Origin: a bacterium
GTDB taxonomy: Bacteria; Hinthialibacterota; Hinthialibacteria; Hinthialibacterales; Hinthialibacteraceae
Direction: 5' to 3'
NCBI GenBank assembly: GCA_963663405.2
Contig: CAXXSM010000130.1
Coordinates: 96,001-160,000, forward strand
DNA: 64,000 nucleotides
Shown here: positions 28,423 through 38,514 of the stretch, in pieces
How positions within the stretch are numbered: position 1 is the stretch's first letter
Layout: each line of letters begins with the position of its first letter
Notes under the pieces: generated by a model
The model's input: only the letters and a program-made list of their open reading frames with translations
Told to the model about the DNA's origin: nothing
Database searches by the model: none
Made by a program: the position numbers and the translations under genes

Positions 28423-31044
28423 TTGGAGGTCAGTATGAGAAAAACGTATTTCTGCATTGGTTTGGTCTGTTTGGGAATGGTTTTGGGAATGGGAGTTTGG
28501 GCGGATGAATGGGATCCAAGGGATGATACGCCCTATGGGGCGACAAATTTAGGCGTCATTCCTTACGATGGGATTGAACATCCTGATCATACTCTGAATC
28601 CGAGTGATACAGAAGATTTTTTCCGTTTCACACTTCGAGGAGGATATTCATATGGGATTTATTCGATGGGTTATTATAACGCAGATTTAACTGGATATAT
28701 GATTGACGAGGAAGGCCAGGAATATTGGGATGAAGAATCTGGTTTTAATTCAAACTTTGCTTTTATTATTTCTCCAAAGGAAAACACGAGTAAGGAATTT
28801 ACACTGCGAGTAATGAGACAAACTGATGCAGGTGATTACAAATATGATTTGTATATTGAGGCTTTTGATGATCCCTGGGATCCGAATGAAGATACGGATA
28901 CAGCGACAAATTTAGGACGGCCCACGGATAAGGAACAGACCTTAGGTCCCCTCGTTTTAGGTGGGATTAATTACGATGATGGAGGCGCAAGTGATTCTAG
29001 TGATATTATTCAATTCTTCCTGGAAAAAGATAAAACGTACACGTTTTGGACGACAGGGCAAAATGATACGCGTGCCACTTTGCGGCAAGGGTCAACCTTA
29101 GGAACGATTTTAGGGAATGATGAAGATAGCGGTCCGGACAAGAACTTCAAGATCGAATATACACCTACAAGTGATGTCCGAGTTTATCTGAAAATTGGAA
29201 TGAATGCGGATGAGGGCGCGTATACGCTTCACTACCTTCATGAACCGGAAGTGGAACAGCTTGATCCCTGGGAACCGGATCACCCCTACGACAATGCGAC
29301 GCCCTTAGATGTACCCACTGATCAATGGCAAACCAATGGACCTCATCTTCTTAAAAAAAATATTGATGATGAAGATTATTTCCGATTTGAACTGCCCTCA
29401 GGACAAAATTATATTTTTAGGGCGAAGGGCAATGCGAAAGCGGATGGACAAATCTTAGATAAATATGGCCGTGTCGTCAAATTAGAACCCTTTAGCGGGA
29501 ATCCAGAATATCCATTTGTCATTGATTACCGTGTATTGTATCAAGGTGTCTATTATATCGCCGCCATATTATTTGCACCGGAAGATAACGTTGAATATTC
29601 CTATGAACTTTCCTATATCGGTTCCCATGAACCAGAAGCGGTGGAATTAGATACACCCACGGAAGAAGAACAGGTTCTTTCGTCGCAGAAATTGGAACCG
29701 AGTGATATTCATTGGTATAAGTTCGTTCTATTTGAAGGAGTTCGATATGAATTCTGGTCTACTGGCGGTTCTGATGTCTACGCGGAACTCTACAAACACG
29801 ATACGAGCAGGCAAGTTCAGGTAGACGATGATAGTAGTGATGGGATGAATTTTAAAATCGACTACAAACCATGGGAATCCGACGCGTTTTACCTCGCCGT
29901 ACGATCGAACGATCATGGGGAAATGGCGGAATACGATCTTCATTATAAAATCGTTACAGTCAGTACGGATACAGTGATTGGTGGTGAAATCGTCAATTCC
30001 GCCGTTCTAGAGACTGTCGATATCCCCATTTATGTCGAGAATCTAGCCGAAACGAAATCGATGACGTTTGATGTTGTTTTTGATTCGGATAAACTCGCTT
30101 GGGGATCGGACGCCCGTGTGATCCGGTTGGATACGATGTTGGCCGCCTGGGTGAATATTCAAGCCAACGAGGTTGAGCCGGGCCGTCTTCGCGTCGCGGC
30201 TACCGCGTTCGCCGGCTCTGGTGTTGAAAGAGACGGGGTGTTGGTGATTCTCCGGTTCGATGTTGGAAGCGGTGTCGAAGAAAATTCTCATACAACAATT
30301 TCTTTCGAGAATCTTAAAGATGGGCTGCAAGGCGCGCAGACAGATGATGTTCTTATCATTTTCACGATCAAACCCGAAAAAGGGGATGTGAATATGGATG
30401 GGGAGATCACCGCGTCTGACGCGCAGCTGGCGTTTCAAATATCACTCGACTCCGCCGGTGATGTGACCGAAGATCAAATCTGGGCGGCGGATATGACCGA
30501 GGACGGCGTTGTCACGGCGGAAGACGCTCAACAGATTCTTCTCGCGGCGGCGGGGATTAATCTTTCTGGGAAAACCGTTCGTCCTCAAGCCTTGGGTGAT
30601 GAAACGGAGGGAGATGATTATACGATCATCACGGTGGAACGGGTACAGGCCGCTCCTGGTGATTCGGTCTCTGTGCCTGTGCGAATCGATCCAGACCGCG
30701 ATATCCGGGCGATTTTCGTCGAATTTTCTTATGACCGGAACAAGATGTCGTTCGTTGGGGAAGATTTTGAGGGAACGATGCTTGAACGATTCTATTTTGC
30801 TGGAACCAGTGAATATTATCCGGGCAAAGTGCGTCTAGCCGCCGCCGCTTCTCTCAATCGTCCCATCCAGGAAGAGGGTGTGCTGTGCAAACTGAATTTC
30901 AAGGTCAATGATGACGCTTCGGGTGTTTCCACAATTTCAATCAAAACCGTTCTGGATGATCTTCTCGGCGCTGAAACCGTGACCGGTTATGTCGCGATTC
31001 TCGAAGAAGAGATGACAACAATTGGGAACTGGATGGTGTATTAA
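28423..31044 (+). CDS. Secreted modular protein: PPC-like repeats, cohesin, dockerin, cohesin, C-terminal TTIGNWMVY
   Basis: Signal peptide; repeated D[FYW]xxF..T.G..D..DDS..NF.I modules; two cohesin-like domains; GDVNMDGEITASDA / ADMTEDGVVTAEDA duplicated Ca loops. Confidence 0.8.
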   Translation: MEVSMRKTYFCIGLVCLGMVLGMGVWADEWDPRDDTPYGATNLGVIPYDGIEHPDHTLNPSDTEDFFRFTLRGGYSYGIYSMGYYNADLTGYMIDEEGQEYWDEESGFNSNFAFIISPKENTSKEFTLRVMRQTDAGDYKYDLYIEAFDDPWDPNEDTDTATNLGRPTDKEQTLGPLVLGGINYDDGGASDSSDIIQFFLEKDKTYTFWTTGQNDTRATLRQGSTLGTILGNDEDSGPDKNFKIEYTPTSDVRVYLKIGMNADEGAYTLHYLHEPEVEQLDPWEPDHPYDNATPLDVPTDQWQTNGPHLLKKNIDDEDYFRFELPSGQNYIFRAKGNAKADGQILDKYGRVVKLEPFSGNPEYPFVIDYRVLYQGVYYIAAILFAPEDNVEYSYELSYIGSHEPEAVELDTPTEEEQVLSSQKLEPSDIHWYKFVLFEGVRYEFWSTGGSDVYAELYKHDTSRQVQVDDDSSDGMNFKIDYKPWESDAFYLAVRSNDHGEMAEYDLHYKIVTVSTDTVIGGEIVNSAVLETVDIPIYVENLAETKSMTFDVVFDSDKLAWGSDARVIRLDTMLAAWVNIQANEVEPGRLRVAATAFAGSGVERDGVLVILRFDVGSGVEENSHTTISFENLKDGLQGAQTDDVLIIFTIKPEKGDVNMDGEITASDAQLAFQISLDSAGDVTEDQIWAADMTEDGVVTAEDAQQILLAAAGINLSGKTVRPQALGDETEGDDYTIITVERVQAAPGDSVSVPVRIDPDRDIRAIFVEFSYDRNKMSFVGEDFEGTMLERFYFAGTSEYYPGKVRLAAAASLNRPIQEEGVLCKLNFKVNDDASGVSTISIKTVLDDLLGAETVTGYVAILEEEMTTIGNWMVY

Positions 31045-31057
31045 TTAAGAAGACCGC

Positions 31058-31082
31058 AGGGGCAGGCGTGGCGTCTGCCCCT
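31058..31082. repeat. REP-like hairpin or terminator
   Basis: AGGGGCAGGCG-TGG-CGTCTGCCCCT just after the stop codon. Confidence 0.5.
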
Positions 31083-31158
31083 ATTTTGATTATTTCTAAG
31101 ATGGCATCCCTTTATTCGTGAATCTGAAATTATATTCAAACTATGTATAATACAGTGT

Positions 31159-31767
31159 ATGAAACTGAGATCCGGCGATCGAATCCAAAACAAGCGCGCT
31201 ATGACGCTGATCGAATTACTCGTCGTGGCGGCGATTCTTGGTATTCTTGTGGCGGTGGCGCTTCCCAATTTTCTCAACGCGTCGCTGCGGGCCAAGGTTT
31301 CCCGCGCGCGATCGGATATTCGTTCGCTTGCGTTCGCCGAGGAGACGTACGCGCTTGATAATGATGGGGGCTATCCCCCGGACGGTTATTCTTCCCGCCC
31401 CAATCACCTTTATTGGCTCACCAGTCCTGTGCCTTATATGGCTTCGATCCCTCTCGATCCATTTTTACCCCGCGATTGGGAGTATACACGCCTTTATCTT
31501 TCTGATTCAGCCAGTTTTCAAAGGCGAAAATATCAAGCGTATGTTCTTTTCTCGGCGGGACCGGATCAAGGTTTTGTGATTGTGTATCGTTCCGGATGGT
31601 CAATCTCTCCCTGTTTTGGAAAACAGCCTTATATCACGTACGATCCAACCAATGGAACGCGCAGCGGTGGCGATATTTATTGGTACGGAGGGAATCCGTC
31701 AGGTATCCCGCTCTGGGTGGATGGAGAAACGCTTGAGGGGAGGTTTCCACCGAATTTTGGGGGTTGA
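31159..31767 (+). CDS. GspG-like prepilin-type pseudopilin
   Basis: RA|MTLIELLVVAAILGIL..PNFLNA..RAKVSR..D; LTSPVPYMASIPLDPF; SAGPD; YDPTNG. Confidence 0.88.
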   Translation: MKLRSGDRIQNKRAMTLIELLVVAAILGILVAVALPNFLNASLRAKVSRARSDIRSLAFAEETYALDNDGGYPPDGYSSRPNHLYWLTSPVPYMASIPLDPFLPRDWEYTRLYLSDSASFQRRKYQAYVLFSAGPDQGFVIVYRSGWSISPCFGKQPYITYDPTNGTRSGGDIYWYGGNPSGIPLWVDGETLEGRFPPNFGG

Positions 31768-31946
31768 GCGCGAATCTATTCAAGATGGTTACTTAATAAA
31801 TGAGATCATTTGCAGGGACATGAAAACAAAATGGATATCACGGCGTATCAAGAGGTGAATCTTTGGATGAAGCGCAAAGGCTTTATATGGAGTGTAAATG
31901 GGGATGAATATCGATATTAAAAGATGGAATGAATAAAGTATCTAAT

Positions 31947-31982
31947 AAAAAAGGGAAGAGATATAAAATCTCTTCCCTTTTT
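31947..31982. terminator. Bidirectional intrinsic terminator
   Basis: AAAAAAGGGAAGAGAT-loop-ATCTCTTCCCTTTTT between convergent genes. Confidence 0.8.
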
Positions 31983-32001
31983 GGCTGAGTCTAAGTTTTG
32001 A

Positions 32002-33669
32002 TTAATCAGCGGGAGCGGTGATTTCTTTGAACGCGGCGGTTACATTTCTGAAGTTCGGCGCCAGCGCGGAAGAAAGGTTGCTCTTGTCCACGACGAAGTT
32101 TTTCGGCGCGGGGAAGACCGTATTCGGTTTGAAATTATTGATATCCGGCTGCGCAGGCAACCAAAGCGGCGCCGTTTCGACCGCCCGGAAGAGATCGGCG
32201 AAGGCGGATATCGGCGATCCGTTGTTCCCTCTTTCACTGATCTCAAAGGTTTGCGCGACACCCGCTTCGTGAACGCCACCAAACATATCAATCACGAGCA
32301 AACCAGCGGAGGTCTTGTTGATGGGCAGGTTCAAGTCAGGATTCGGTAAGTTCGGAACGATGGCCAAATCCCGCGCGATCCGAACGCCGAAGAATGTTGG
32401 GGTGGAATCGCTTTTGATAACAGTCCCATCTTCCAATTGAATCGGTGGGAAGTTGAAATGCGCGTCACCGATCGCGAAAACAGAACCATACGCGTCAAGA
32501 AGGAAGAATCCTCTGCCACTAGGCGTGATCTCAAGATCGACAGCGACGTCTGAACCGAAGTAGGGAAGGTCTCCTTTTTGATTCGCCCAAGGGATGGAGA
32601 GAACCACATTATTGATTGGTTCACCGAAATCAGGGTTGAGTTTCCCTTCTGTAAAGTCCTCATACATATCGGTATAGAGAATCAATCCATCGTTGTTTAC
32701 ATCAAAGTCAAGCGGCAGGCGGGCTGAGTGAACGGCGCCGTAGCCATCCATGATGTAATATCCATTCGTCATCGCAATGTTCCGCGTTTCAATCGAACCG
32801 GGCGCCGCTGGGGCGGTCACCGTTCTCGATGGCACAGTCACCTGGACATATTCTACGGAAATCTCCAAGTCGCGGGCGATGTCAGAATCTGGACCGAAAT
32901 ATGTGAAGATCGGCGTCACGCTTTTTGGACTTTGGTTTTCGCCAAACAGACGGTTGACGGGATAATCCAATGGCCCGTTGAGGAGAAGATCGTTGGCCGA
33001 TACGCTGGAGCCGTTCACGTTGATCGTCGCGGGGAACAGCGTTGTAACGATGGTCGCGTCTTCAATATTGTCTGAACTGGGATCCGTATAGTAGACATAA
33101 GACGGCAGGTTCGTTTCTCCCAACGGATGAACGACACCGTCTGCGTCGAGTACAAAGTATCCTTTGTAACCGAAGGTAGTCTCCCGCCAGTCTGGAGCGA
33201 TCTCAAGATCTTCCGCCACATCAAAATCCCAGAAGGGTGGTTGGGAGAACAAGAGGTTGTTTTGCCCAAGGGCGACAGGAGTGGGGATGTTGACAACGGC
33301 GGGAGCTGTGCTCAAAATCGCGGCTCCCGTGACGCCTTCCGGGAGTTCTTCCAGCTCAAGATTGAGTGTGTGCTGCCCTCCAAAAGAGTCCAACACGTAG
33401 GCGCCAATGGGAGACCCATTTGGATCGCCGACTAACTCAATATCTTTCGCCACGGGAAATGTGAAGCCCAGGTTTTGGGATTCCAAATTCCAGAAGATGA
33501 AAGGCCCGATATTGTCGTCACCCAATGGCGCACTGAAAAAACGGCCTAACGCATCCATGATCAAGATTCCGTCTTGATTGGGTTGTGTAGGTCCGTATTG
33601 AGCGACGGCAATGCTAGTAAATACAATCGACAGAGCACAAATGCCGAGGAGTAGCCGCTTAAGGGCCAT
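32002..33669 (-). CDS. Secreted repeat protein, probable beta-propeller
   Basis: Signal peptide ending AVA|Q; about 6 copies of AxD[LI]E..G[YF][YF][VIL][LM]DxxGxV[HF]; RBS AAAGGAGGT. Confidence 0.75.
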   Translation of the reverse strand: MALKRLLLGICALSIVFTSIAVAQYGPTQPNQDGILIMDALGRFFSAPLGDDNIGPFIFWNLESQNLGFTFPVAKDIELVGDPNGSPIGAYVLDSFGGQHTLNLELEELPEGVTGAAILSTAPAVVNIPTPVALGQNNLLFSQPPFWDFDVAEDLEIAPDWRETTFGYKGYFVLDADGVVHPLGETNLPSYVYYTDPSSDNIEDATIVTTLFPATINVNGSSVSANDLLLNGPLDYPVNRLFGENQSPKSVTPIFTYFGPDSDIARDLEISVEYVQVTVPSRTVTAPAAPGSIETRNIAMTNGYYIMDGYGAVHSARLPLDFDVNNDGLILYTDMYEDFTEGKLNPDFGEPINNVVLSIPWANQKGDLPYFGSDVAVDLEITPSGRGFFLLDAYGSVFAIGDAHFNFPPIQLEDGTVIKSDSTPTFFGVRIARDLAIVPNLPNPDLNLPINKTSAGLLVIDMFGGVHEAGVAQTFEISERGNNGSPISAFADLFRAVETAPLWLPAQPDINNFKPNTVFPAPKNFVVDKSNLSSALAPNFRNVTAAFKEITAPAD

Positions 33670-33881
33670 ATCGACCTCCTTTGAGCACGACAGTTTTCAT
33701 AATTGAAACACAATTCCCACAAAAAGTCTATATGGGTTACGAATTTTCCTTGTAACAACCTTACCGATTTGGTGAATGAGGCTCAAGTCTTCCAAAGGGG
33801 TAAAACGTAATTTTTCTCCCAGCCATACTCTAAGCCCCCTTCTTCCCTAGACATAGTAAAGCTGACTTTGGTACGAAGTGC

Positions 33882-33910
33882 AGTATAAAAAAAACGTGTG
33901 CATATGTCAA
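33882..33910 (-). promoter_or_regulatory. Near-consensus sigma70 promoter
   Basis: TTGACA-17 nt-TATACT on the minus strand, about 205 nt upstream of ATG 33669. Confidence 0.7.
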
Positions 33911-34819
33911 GAGAAAATTCACTCAAGTACAAAAAAATCAATAACTGCGCAACATTTTTGCTTAAAAACCAATCTGATATTGACGGAATCAATTCATTCT
34001 GGCCCAGAATGTCCATATCTTTCAGACTCTCAGGGGCTTTTTGGATGAAAAAACAGCCATTATTTGACTCCACCGCCGTATTGTGTGACTTTTTTTACGG
34101 AAATTAAATATTTTAATGAAAAGCGCCGAGAAATTTTATATTTTTTGAAGAAGCGGAAAAATGCGGGATATTAAAAATCCTTTTCTATTTCTTCAAAATT
34201 TATCGATCTGCGTTCCATTGTGATAATTAATATAGTTATGAAAATTATTCTTGTCCGTTTAAATTATCAAGATTTACTTAGAAAACGGGTTGATTCCAAT
34301 GCGCGATCTAAATCGTATTGTAATACAGGATTAAAAACTTTTGCAAGATTGTAGTAAAAAGTATGGAAAAAGGCTTGCAAGGATTTTTTAGTCCTCCAGA
34401 GAATCTGAGTCAAGGTTTTCAAGTCCAATTCAGAAAAGATCAATCTGTCTCTGCTTTTCAACGTTCGAACCATAACATTCTCTGAAATTATATTTAATCC
34501 GGCGCGTTATTGATTATAGACGAAAAATCGGCTCTCTATGAATACGTACAGAAGGATTATTCCTACATCAGTTTTCATGCGCCAGTGAGCATCGTTAGTT
34601 CTATCCATATTTTCGTCTTTTTTTATTCACCCTTTAAGATGAAGCAAAAAAAAAAAACTGTAAGACAAAACGCTAGAATAATCTGTACATGGATTTTGTC
34701 TAAACGTAAATATCAAAGGGGATAATTTCGTTTTGGCGTTAATCCGTTTCATCTTTCAATTCTCGTTACAGTTTTTTATAGCTGAGAGCAAACCGGCAAC
34801 GATATTTTATTATTTTTGA

Positions 34820-35437
34820 ATGAGTTTTTTGGGAGTGACGTCAAACATGAGCGGTATGGCGGTCCAAAGGGATGAGGCGGAATTGATTCAAAGCGCGCAA
34901 GAAGGAGATTGTCATGCGTTTGGTCTTCTTGCGGAGAAGTACCGTGATTCTTTAGTCAATGTCGCGTTCGGATTTCTCCGGGAGAAAGAAGACGCGTTGG
35001 ATGTGGCGCAGGAAACGTTGCTCAAGGCTTTCCGTAAAATCGATGGATTCAAGCGGGAGTCGTCTCTTTATACGTGGTTGTACCGGATTCTGATTAATTT
35101 ATGCAAAGATCGTCTCCGGTACCGAAAACGAAAGAAAGAGATCTATATCGAAGATTTAGGCGAGGAAGGGGCGGTTTTTGAATTTCCTGATTCGGGGCCC
35201 AGCCCCCGGCGCCTGGCGGAAAAGCGGGAACGTGAACGATGCGTCCAGGACGCGATCGCGACGTTGCCGGAAAAACAACGGCAGGCGTTGATCCTCCGGG
35301 AATCCGGGGGGTTGAGTTATAAGGAAATCGCCCGCATACTGGGTTGCCAAGAAGGCACTGTTATGTCCCGCTTATTTCATGCGCGCAAAATGCTTGCGCT
35401 TAAACTGGAATCCATCACTGGGGATTTACTGGAATGA
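34820..35437 (+). CDS. ECF sigma factor (sigma-70 family)
   Basis: EDALDVAQET, SSLYTWLYRILINLCKD, LSYKEIA..GTVMSRLFHAR. Confidence 0.93.
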   Translation: MSFLGVTSNMSGMAVQRDEAELIQSAQEGDCHAFGLLAEKYRDSLVNVAFGFLREKEDALDVAQETLLKAFRKIDGFKRESSLYTWLYRILINLCKDRLRYRKRKKEIYIEDLGEEGAVFEFPDSGPSPRRLAEKRERERCVQDAIATLPEKQRQALILRESGGLSYKEIARILGCQEGTVMSRLFHARKMLALKLESITGDLLE

Positions 35438-35988
35438 ACGATCGAAACAAGATAGACACCTTTGATTTTATTCGGTCGATTGACGGCGAATTAACCGAAA
35501 TGGAAACCCGCCGGTTGGAAGAGCAGCTCCTGCGGGCGCCGGAAGCGCGGCAGGAATACCAACGCTTGAAACGCTTGTCGGAACTGGTGCGGCAAAGCGC
35601 GACCGTCGATCTCCACGCAACCGAGAAAGAACATTTTCACTCCAGTTTGAACGCGCAGCTCGAGATTATTCAATCCAAACGATTTACAAAGGATCAACGG
35701 CTGACGAACCGGCTCTCCTCGTTTTTCCATATCCCTTGGCAGTGGCAGACCGCCGCCGCTTTCATCCTGGTTTTTCTTCTTTGTATTCCTTTTTTCAATT
35801 CTGCGCCTCCCGAGAAAGAAGAATTCTTCTGGACTTCGATCTCTTCCGATTACAAGGGCGTCCAATTTTTCTTGGAATCGAACGCGACCGCGGAATACGA
35901 TCTAATTTGGGTCGTGACGGAGGAGGACGAAGAGGAAGAAGAAGATCCTGATTCTCCGCTGGGATTTTTACTGTACAAAAAGGTGTGA
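35434..35988 (+). CDS. Putative transmembrane anti-sigma factor
   Basis: IDGEL N-terminal motif lacking HxxxCxxC, one TM segment, ATGA-coupled to the sigma gene. Confidence 0.7.
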   Translation: MNDRNKIDTFDFIRSIDGELTEMETRRLEEQLLRAPEARQEYQRLKRLSELVRQSATVDLHATEKEHFHSSLNAQLEIIQSKRFTKDQRLTNRLSSFFHIPWQWQTAAAFILVFLLCIPFFNSAPPEKEEFFWTSISSDYKGVQFFLESNATAEYDLIWVVTEEDEEEEEDPDSPLGFLLYKKV

Positions 35989-35994
35989 TGTCGA

Positions 35995-36555
35995 ATGAAG
36001 CGCATGGCGTATCAATTCTCAATTGTTGTTGCCGTTCTAATTTTAGGCTTCTCACCGCGTGTATCGGCGGGGGAGGAGAAGTATTTACGAGTCTCTCTCA
36101 TCAAAGCGGAACGGGCGGAAAAATATGAAGTGGATGAAAAGATCGAATCGTTGGCCCCCGCTCTGAAAGCGGCGTTCTCTAAAGGCGACGCCAAAGACTT
36201 TAAGCGCTTTATTCCCATTAAAATCAAGGAATGTGAGAAAATCCAACTCGGTAATAAGTATACTGTGCCGCTCACGAAAACGATGTTTTTAGATTTAACT
36301 CTGGACGCGTTCGAAAAAGATCACTATCCCATCACGGTCCGTTGGTATATTCGGGAAAAAGTGATAGACGAAAAGGGGGAGGAATCCTTCAAGGACAAAG
36401 AGATCATTAAAGCCAAAAAACATAACCTGCCCGTGGATTACAGTCTCTTCATTGGAAAAAAACCCACTGATAAAATGAAAACCGCTCAGCTCATCGCGAT
36501 CGAGATTATTGAACCTCCCCTTGAGAAGTCCGCGCCGGAAAAACCCGAAGAATGA
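35995..36555 (+). CDS. Secreted hypothetical protein of the ECF operon
   Basis: Signal peptide ending VSA; Lys/Glu-rich. Confidence 0.65.
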   Translation: MKRMAYQFSIVVAVLILGFSPRVSAGEEKYLRVSLIKAERAEKYEVDEKIESLAPALKAAFSKGDAKDFKRFIPIKIKECEKIQLGNKYTVPLTKTMFLDLTLDAFEKDHYPITVRWYIREKVIDEKGEESFKDKEIIKAKKHNLPVDYSLFIGKKPTDKMKTAQLIAIEIIEPPLEKSAPEKPEE

Positions 36556-36597
36556 TGTGGCAAAAGAGAAAATCTTGGCGAATCTCAACACATGTTC

Positions 36598-36626
36598 TTG
36601 ACATCGCATAATTGACCAATGATAAT
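36598..36626 (+). promoter_or_regulatory. Candidate sigma70 promoter
   Basis: TTGACA-17 nt-GATAAT. Confidence 0.5.
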
Positions 36627-36805
36627 TCAGCGGTCAGGTGTTGTTTTGCGGTGAATTGTTGCAGGAGACAGATTCAAAACATCATTTCCAGTCTATACTT
36701 ACAATTCTCTGCATTCCCCCATTCTAAAAACATAATTTGTACTCATTTACTCCAATTCCAATTGAAGATGAAACCCATATAAGGGAAGCGGCGGGTGATC
36801 TATCG

Positions 36806-37361
36806 ATGAAAAATGAACAACAAAAAAATAGGCAGGACGAATCGGATGGATTCAGCGATGATTTCGTGATGGAATTTGATGGGGAATTATATTCTCCATC
36901 CATCCAAGAAAATAAAAGAATCGATACGAGTCAAAAAATCTTTGATCCGAGTTCGTTTCCCTATTTCGGTTTTTTTTATTTTGCTTTTTATGATTGTTCC
37001 TGTTGTCTATAACTTGTACCGCTTTCGTAATTGGCGTCTGTTAGCCGTAAATGTCCTATTGTATCTCACATGGGTGCAAATGGTTATTATTGTTATCTTT
37101 GTTCTCTTGGAGAATCAAATGATTGATGAATACTATATCATTCTATCTATACGCGCTTCGTTGGTTCTCCTCGGTATCATTTTCGCGTACAGTCAGAAGA
37201 AAATGTTCCGGTGGTTTTCGATGTCCGGGGGAGAAATCCTGAACGGATTGTTGTTCGGCGCGCCGGTTTTCGCAGCGCTTTTGTTTGTTCCTGCGATTCT
37301 CCAATTCTGTGTGTATCCGTTTATTGTCGTGGCGGAGTTGGTCATAACTTATTTTAGGTAA
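36806..37361 (+). CDS. Hypothetical membrane protein (probable indel at poly-T ~36970)
   Basis: Acidic N-terminus in one frame and about 4 TM segments in the next. Confidence 0.55.
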
Positions 37362-37488
37362 TCTCCCAAGGAGTTGCGATAAATGATCTCTGGCAAGTGA
37401 AACGCGCATGAAAAGACAATTTAAACTTATATTGGTGTGTATAAAATATAAGTTTTGACTATACACCGTTTCGGTATAGAAGGATCAA

Positions 37489-38436
37489 TTGATCGTGGAA
37501 CATACAGCCCCTCACCATAATCCTGTTGTAGAGCGAGCCATTGTTTTACTTGACATGGGGAAAATCGACGCGGCGAGAAAAATGCTGCAAGAAGCCTTAA
37601 CACAAGAACCGGACAATGATGAAATCGAAGCGCTGCTGGGAAACGCTCTCGCTCAATTAGGGCAATTCAAACCCGCTGAGTTTCATATTCAAAACGCCTT
37701 GCGCCGGGAACCCGGCAATCCGTTTTATCACCTGTTTTACTCGAATATCTTGAGCGAAACGAACCGGGATCAAGAAGCGGAGCGTGAGATTCTTAACGCG
37801 ATTCATATCTATCCACTTGAAGCGGATTTCCATACTACGTACGCCTGGCTGCTCTATCGAGATGGACAAATCGAAAAGGCGGAATCCATCGCCCGCAACG
37901 CGCTTCAATTAGAACCGGAGAATGAATCGGCCCTTGCGCTGCTGGGCGCGAAAAATTCGGAGAATTTCGATTTAGAAACGGCGCGGGAGACCTATTGGCG
38001 CAGTTTGGTTCACAATCCTGAATCCTCACACGCTCATGCGGGATTGTCTCAAACGTATCTTTTGGAGAACAAAACGGATACAGCTCTGGAGGAGGCGCGT
38101 GAAGCGATTCGCTTGGATCCAGATGATCCCTTTATGCAAGAGTTATACTTGAAGGCTGTCAAAGCGAAGCATCCGCTGTATTCGCTGTTCTGGCGATGGA
38201 GTTTGCTTTGCACGCGGTTGGGCCGGACGGGATCTCTCTTAATGGTATTCGGACTATGGTTAGCCGTGAATGTTATCATGCGGATCGCAGAAAACAACGC
38301 CGAATGGTTAACACAGCATCCAACCGTCTCATATCTGCTTTATGGATTCATGATTCTCTATATTCTATTTTGCATTTATACATGGGTCGCCAATCCGATT
38401 TTTACCTTTCTCGCAAAACGTGGCTATTTAAAGTAA
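37489..38436 (+). CDS. Tetratricopeptide-repeat protein with two C-terminal TM helices
   Basis: About 6 TPR repeats (A..L.P motifs) and a hydrophobic C-terminus. Confidence 0.85.
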   Translation: MIVEHTAPHHNPVVERAIVLLDMGKIDAARKMLQEALTQEPDNDEIEALLGNALAQLGQFKPAEFHIQNALRREPGNPFYHLFYSNILSETNRDQEAEREILNAIHIYPLEADFHTTYAWLLYRDGQIEKAESIARNALQLEPENESALALLGAKNSENFDLETARETYWRSLVHNPESSHAHAGLSQTYLLENKTDTALEEAREAIRLDPDDPFMQELYLKAVKAKHPLYSLFWRWSLLCTRLGRTGSLLMVFGLWLAVNVIMRIAENNAEWLTQHPTVSYLLYGFMILYILFCIYTWVANPIFTFLAKRGYLK

Positions 38437-38514
38437 ACAGAATGTATTGGCCGATTGAATGGCTCCGATTTCTGTTGTGTCTAGAAATAACATGGCTGAT
38501 TTGTGGCAGGAACT

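Noticed and set aside
33920-34810. Long AT-rich intergenic region with short ORFs
   Set aside because: No convincing coding signal, repeat or stable structure was seen.
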